Source: Macrostomum lignano
Lineage: Eukaryota
Length of the DNA: 38,923 bases
Direction of reading: 5' to 3'
Assembly (NCBI GenBank): GCA_002269645.1
Contig: NIVC01004661.1
Coordinates: 1-38,923, forward strand
Shown: piece after piece, positions 32,732 through 38,923 of the stretch
Position numbering within the stretch: position 1 is the stretch's first letter
How the letters are laid out: every line of letters begins with the position of its first letter
Translations under genes and position numbers: made by a program
The notes under the pieces: generated by a model
Seen by the model: the letters and a program-made list of their open reading frames with translations, nothing else
What the model was told of the DNA's origin: nothing
Database searches by the model: none

Positions 32732-35700
32732 TGCTGCTATCCGGTTCTCAGATTAAAATTGCATCAAATAACGCACTATGCCATGCTTTCGAATGGTGGA
32801 CAAACACAACCAATTTGTATCTCGTTAATTAAAAATGCATGAAAGTAAAAGTTACGATATATATCGCTTCGGTTATTCTGATTTTTTATAGTTACCACGG
32901 ACCTATACCGATAAATATAATACAGAAAAGATTTAGTATTTTACGAAGTGAAATGTATGATTTTCTCTGTGTATTAACAATTGGCAAATATACTGTTAAC
33001 ACCATGTACACTATAAGCTGTACTTTTACTTAGATAAGCTCTGATGGTTAACCACCACAAGGTGCTCATCGCCCCTGCCTCATTCTGTTTTGATTCCGGT
33101 TTCCGACCCAGCTCAGGTCCGATCACCACGGGCGAGGTCAGTTAAGCTCTGAAGAGCGTTTGGATGCCGCTTCCGGGGCAGACTCAATAGCAAACGCTTT
33201 TGAACTTTCCGGAACTGACCCAATACGATGCATTTACGTCACCTGCCAAATGACGCACATTCAATATCGTAATCTCCATGCACTCCGAAAAAGTCTAAAG
33301 TCTAAACTGCTGAACGGCTAAATCTTCTGCTTCTCAGCCAGAAATGTTTTTCGGCTTGTCTGGTCCAGCACTGGCCATTCAGGTCGTTATCGAAGCTTGA
33401 AAGATGCCAAGCGCTCCGTAGCGATCAACTTTCGCAGTCTTTTCTGTTTACATGCCTGTAATTTTTTGTGGGTTTGTCTCTACTTTGTGCCTGGCGTTTA
33501 CATTGAATCTTTCCCTTAGGTGTAGCCTCTTGAATAGACCAGTACAGCGATCCGATGCACTGCGTTTGTCCAGTCCAGCCACGGCTAAACTTCAGGTGTC
33601 TGGCGACAAGCTATCACTACCCCCTCTGCTCTTCATCGTAGTTATGAACTACATGCTTCACTGGACGCTGGTGCCAGAGTGAAAACGATGGTGATGTTAT
33701 GGTTCCACACCGAAGCTCCCGGCATCCTGCCTTATTGCTGCGTGCTCTCCTTTACAAATAGAACTACGCTGAAGATATCGGCCCTTGTGTGTCACCATCC
33801 GGCTGTCGCGCTTAGCACGTTCTCTCCAGAGTCTTCATTCCCGAATTCCCGACGTCGCTGAAAAATTTGTATCGTACTTTTACAAATTACACCGACGTTC
33901 AACCGACGTTTGAAGCCGTTGTCCGTCGATGTTATTAAAAAGTACATTTTTTGTCAGCGACGTCGATAGACATCGGAAACGACAGTCAACGTCGGATTGC
34001 TGCCGGGAAGGAGGGCAATGGCGTCGGACTGGTGATCAACGCATCCGAGACTGAAGTGCGTAACGTTTGGCAAGCTCATAATCCGCAAACGTCTCCAGAT
34101 GCTGCTCTGACACTGTCTGAGCACGGACTACATAAATGCCGTTAAAGTCATCCGTGTGTCTAAGTCAAGACCCTTGAGGCCGTACCGTGACTTTGAGTGA
34201 AAATGGCAGGCCATGCGACTCAGCCCTCAGTCCGCTATATCTCCTCCTCTCACACTGTAAAACGCGTGTCCAAACTTTAAGCTTTTGTTTCTCATTTTCT
34301 TTCTTTACCGCTTCCTAGGCTTTAGAAGACTTTTAGTAGTAGAAAATTATTTTCTTAGAAGGCTGGCTTTAGGCGAAAATATTTCGAGATATGTTTATGA
34401 GACTTTTATGTTTAAAAGTAGCAGCGTTAGTGATTTTCTTTTCGTGTTTCTTTGGCTAGGGCATCGCCCAAAAATTCATCAATTAAAGGATATAAATATC
34501 GGCCTCCCCATCCTTTTAAAAAAATTAAAGACATTTAGAAAAATGACTCAAAGTATAAAAAACGACATAAAAATGTTCAGAGCTGCCTTTATTTTGAAGT
34601 TTTTGTAAACAATTGCCTCTGTTGTATTTCTTAGAAGGACGACGTCCATACAACGTTGTTTCAGTGGTGTATTTTTCGCGTAAAGACAGCCTTCTCTGAA
34701 GCAAACCTAACCCATAAGGATCCAATGTTCAAAAGACCCTAGCATACGCTGCTGGAGGTCACACTCCTTTATTCAGGGGTAGAGCCGTTAGCTTGGCTGA
34801 TCCGCGCCTTTAGGTTTAATAAACAAAGCTATGGCCTTCAAAGATTTGCGTTGGAAAGATCTAATATCTTATTTTAAAAAGTTTGAAGGATTAAAAGATT
34901 TTAAGAAAAAATATATCAAGGATACAAGGACACAAGTTTGCGATTGCATAGCTAATCATCACCTTAGCTAATTGATTGTTATAATCAGTAAATAGAAAAT
35001 TCACAAAATTGAATAGCACAAATTGGCTATTTTTATAATGTCGATGATGACGACGTGTATCGCAGCATGTACTTTACTTTATTATTTATAGGTGTCTGTT
35101 AGTGTCTAAATTAAGATAAATTTATTATTTACTTCGGCCATGCTTTGGTAAAGATAACCTGGCTCCTGTCTTAAGTTTAGGAGTGCCTAAGTGATGAGAA
35201 TAAGTCAAAGCTGGTGAATCCAATCCAACTTTCAATTGTCAAACAATTGAAGATTTGAAAAAACAGGCCTAGGCTTAAGTCTAAAGAACAAACCACTGAG
35301 GATTGAGCCGGGCTCTTAGACTTTTCATTAGGCATTAACAGTTTTTAACTGCCACTGACAGTCAGGATTCAAAGACATTTTAGAAAACTAATGCATGGGA
35401 ATAGGGAACAGAACGTTTATGTTTGTTTGCAAATATTTTAATGAATTCAGTTTTAAACTTAGTTCCGAACTAGAAAAATACATGAGTATTATAACAATAG
35501 GGCCTATAGCCTAGCCTTAGGGCTCGCTATAAATCTGGGGGTGGCCCATTTTGTTTTATGATTTCGCCTAAGTCCTAGCCTAAAAAGTCAATTGTATATT
35601 GTAAAATTCAATTGTCAATTGTAAAACTTGGAGAACTGGCCTATTTATCCTATTTTTATTATTAGGCCAAATATTAATTTAAAAATACAATAGTATAATT

Positions 35701-36380
35701 TTGCTAATGGATGGCATTGTCTTTACAACAATATTGCATTTTTTAGGGCCTAGCTTCTTTTCATGCCCATGGTACTCATTATTCCCATAACACTATGTAA
35801 ATAATCTGTATAGGCCTACTGTCATTATTTACACAGTAACTAAAATAAAGATTAGTTTTATTCTTTTATATACTGTGTTGTATTGTACTTATAGCTATTG
35901 TCTAGTTACATTTAATTGCAAATCTCCTTTTAATCATAAATAAGTAAACTTCATATTCTAATTCTTTTTATACTTTGCAAATTTATTATAGTACAAATAC
36001 TTATTTCAGTTATTATGTAAATAATATTGGCAATATTTACATTGTACCATGCATATAATCACTTCCTTTTTCTATCGGTATAGACCTTTCTTCTTTTTTT
36101 TATTTTTTCTATATCTGTCTCCCTCTTTCTTTCACCCATCTATCTCTAGTATCTCTCATCTCTCATAACTCATCTCTCCTCCAAAGATCTCATCTCTACA
36201 AAGAATGTAGAAATCATCCTTCTCTCTTCCCAGATTTACTCTCTCATCTCTCTTTCACCTGCCTCTCTGCCTCCTCTGCAAGCTCTCCTCCTCCATCTGC
36301 AGCTCTCTGCCTCTTATCTCTATCTCCCTCTCTCCCCTCTCCCCCCTCTCTTCATCGTCCTCAGCCCCTCATCTCTCCTA

Positions 36381-36825
36381 TATCAAGCATCCCCTAGATA
36401 GCAAGCATCCTCCAGATAGCAAGAATCCCTCAGCCATGCAAACATCCCCAGACAGCATGAAAGCATCTCCTAGATAGCAAGTATCCCCAGACAGCATGCA
36501 AGCATCTCCTAGATAGCAAGCATCCCCAGATAGCAAGCATTCCCAGACAGCATGCAAGCATCCCCTAGATAGCAAGCATCCCTGGATACAAAGAATCCTT
36601 ATAGATAGCTAGCAAACCCTTCTTAGATAGCAAGTCTAACAACCAAGAGCAAATAGCAAGTTACCCTAGATAGCAAGCATCCCCCAATAGCAAGTTACCC
36701 TAGATAGATAGCAAGCATCTTACCCAATAGCAAGCATCACTCAGATAGCAAACATCCCTCAGATAGCAAGCATCTCCCTGATAGCAATTATCTATCCTTA
36801 GATAGCAAGCATCCACCAGACAACA
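36381..36825. repeat. ~17-18 bp minisatellite (AGATAGCAAGCATCCCCT-like), preceded by a CT-rich tract
   Basis: Directly visible, diverged units. Confidence 0.85.
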
Positions 36826-36852
36826 AGTAGCTAGTGCAACAATATCCTTAGC

Positions 36853-38685
36853 TTTATAGTGGCTCCTTTATGTTTGGCATGATGCTTCTTTTTATGTTTG
36901 AAATGATGTCTCCTTTATGTTTGACATGGTGGCTCTTTAATGTTTGACATGGTGGCTCTTTAATGTTTGACATGGTGGCTCTTTAATGTTTGACATGGTG
37001 GCTCTTTAATGTTTGACATGGTGACTCTTTTGTGTTCTACATGGTGGCTCTTTTATGTTTGACATGGTAGCTCTTTAATGTTTGACATAGTGACTCTTTA
37101 ATGTTTGACATGGAGTCACATATATGTTTGACATGGTGGATATTTTATTTTTTGACATGGTGGCTCTTTTATGTCTGACTTGGTAGCTCTATGAGTATGT
37201 TTGACATAATAGCTCTTTAATGTTTGACATGGTGGCTCTTTAATGTTCAACATGGTGGCTCTTTAATTTTTGACATGGAGTCACATATATGTTTGACATG
37301 GTGGCTCTTTAATGTTTAACATCTAGTCGTGTACATGTTTGACATGGTGGCTCTTTTATGTTTCACATGGTGGCTCTTTAATGTTTGACATTGTAGCTCT
37401 TTAATGTTTGACATGATGGCTCTTCTATGTTCCACATGGTAGCTCTTTAATGTTCGAAATGGTGGCTCTTTAATGTTTGACATGGTGGCTCTTTAATGTT
37501 CGAAATGGTGGCTCTTTAATGTTTGACATGGTGGCTCTTTAATGTTCGAAATGGTGGCTCTTTAATGTTTGACATGGTGGCTCTTTAATGTTCCACATGG
37601 TGGCTCTTTAATATTCGAAATGGTGGCTCTTTAATGTTTGACATGGTGGCTCTTTAATGTTCCACATGGTGGCTCTTTAATTTTGACATGGTGGCTCTTT
37701 AATGTTTGACATGGTGGCTCTTTAATGTTTGACATGGTGGCTCTTTAATGTTCGAAATGTGGCTCTTTAATGTTCGACATGGTGGCTCTTTAATGTTCGA
37801 AATGGTGGCTCTTATATGTTTCGACATGATGGCTCTTTAATGTTCGACATGGTGGCTCTTTAATGTTCGAAATGGTGGCTCTCTTAAATGTTCGACATGG
37901 TGGCTCTTTAATGTTCGAAATGGTGGCTCTTTAATGTTTGACATGGTGGCTCTTTAATGTTCCACATGGTGGCTCTTTAATTTTTGACATGGTGGCTCTT
38001 TAATGTTTGACATGGTGGCTCTTTAATGTTTGACATGGGTGGTCTTTAATGTTCGAAATGGTGGCTCTTTAATGTTCGACATGGTGGCTCTTTAATGTTT
38101 CGAAATGGTGGCTCTTTAATGTTCGACATGATGGCTCTTTAATGTTCGACATGGTGGTCTCTTTAATGTTCGAAAATGGTGGCTCTTTAATGTTCGACAT
38201 GGTGGCTCTTTAATGTTCGACATGGTGGCTCTTTAATGTTCGAAATGGTGGCTCTTTAATGTTCGAAATGGTGGCTCTTTAATGTTCGACATGATGGCCT
38301 CTTTAATGTTCGACATGGTGGCTCTTTAATGTTCGAAATGGTGGCTCTTTAATGTTCGACATGGTGGCTCTTTAATGTTCGAAATGGTGGCTCTTTAATG
38401 TTTGACATGGTGGCTCTTTAATGTTCCACATGGTGGCTCTTTAATTTTTGACATGGTGGCTCTTTAATGTTTGACATGGTGGCTCTTTAATGTTTGACAT
38501 GGTGGCTCTTTAATGTTCGAAATGGTGGCTCTTTAATGTTCGACATGGTGGCTCTTTAATGTTCGAAATGGTGGCTCTTTAATGTTCGACATGATGGCTC
38601 TTTAATGTTCGACATGGTGGCTCTTTAATGTTCGAAATGGTGGCTCTTTAATGTTCGACATGGTGGCTCTTTAATGTTCGACATA
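36853..38685. repeat. 23-bp satellite (CATGGTGGCTCTTTAATGTTTGA), ~79 units, with a higher-order repeat
   Basis: Head-to-tail units without spacers; variant order repeats with a 13-unit period. Confidence 0.95.
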
Positions 38686-38923
38686 GTAGATAGTAGAAAT
38701 GAATCAGATAACAAAACAAACCTCCAAAGAAGTTCATTTTCAATGCATTACTATTGCAAATTTTAAGTGCTTTGAATCTAGAGCTGTGCATTGAGTTGAT
38801 TGCATAGACTATTAAAGAAGGATGCAACATTCAAAATCCATGGAAAATGTTTTAATGGCCATTTTTGCTATGCTATAAAAATATAAAACAGAGATAGAAA
38901 GTTTTCATTTTTCAGTAGAAATA

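Noticed and set aside
33030-33210. Possible hammerhead ribozyme or SINE (CTGATG, CTGAAGAGCG..AAACGC stem)
   Set aside because: No correctly placed GAAA and cleavage triplet closing three stems, and no clear A/B boxes.
33840-34270. GACGT-rich repeats ending GCTGCCGGG, and CACACTGTAAAA, suggesting DNA-transposon ends
   Set aside because: Partner termini and TSDs were not found, so no boundaries can be supported.
36853-38685. CRISPR-like array
   Set aside because: Units are contiguous with no unique spacers, there are no cas genes, and the context is eukaryotic; it is a satellite.

Overview
Eukaryotic (animal-like, spliceosomal introns) genomic window. Bases 2027-21003 are a near-complete ~19 kb Polinton/Maverick (adintovirus-like) element with ~308 bp terminal inverted repeats. 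It encodes protein-primed PolB, a PLA2-integrase fusion, major and minor capsid proteins, packaging ATPase, adenain protease, core/membrane-active proteins, a lectin-tipped fibre-like protein, an HNH nuclease and several unknown ORFs. It interrupts a Harbinger/ISL2EU-type transposase gene on the left and carries a nested mariner (11644-12949). The standout feature is a 303-nt group IC1 self-splicing intron (4067-4369, minus strand) with all core helices, which splits the PLA2 Ca-binding loop (NFTG|PGT) of the PLA2-integrase gene and sits directly downstream of a free-standing HNH endonuclease. The element is also sprinkled with short GC-rich double-hairpin (GNA-triloop) elements, some of which look like insertions in coding sequence. 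Right of the Polinton is host DNA: a claudin-like first exon, a hAT MITE, microsatellites, a YdjC deacetylase gene, a head-to-head inverted pair of near-identical ependymin-related genes, and a 23-bp satellite with a 13-unit higher-order repeat. Many frameshifts are single-base deletions and may be long-read assembly errors. The host species cannot be established from the sequence.
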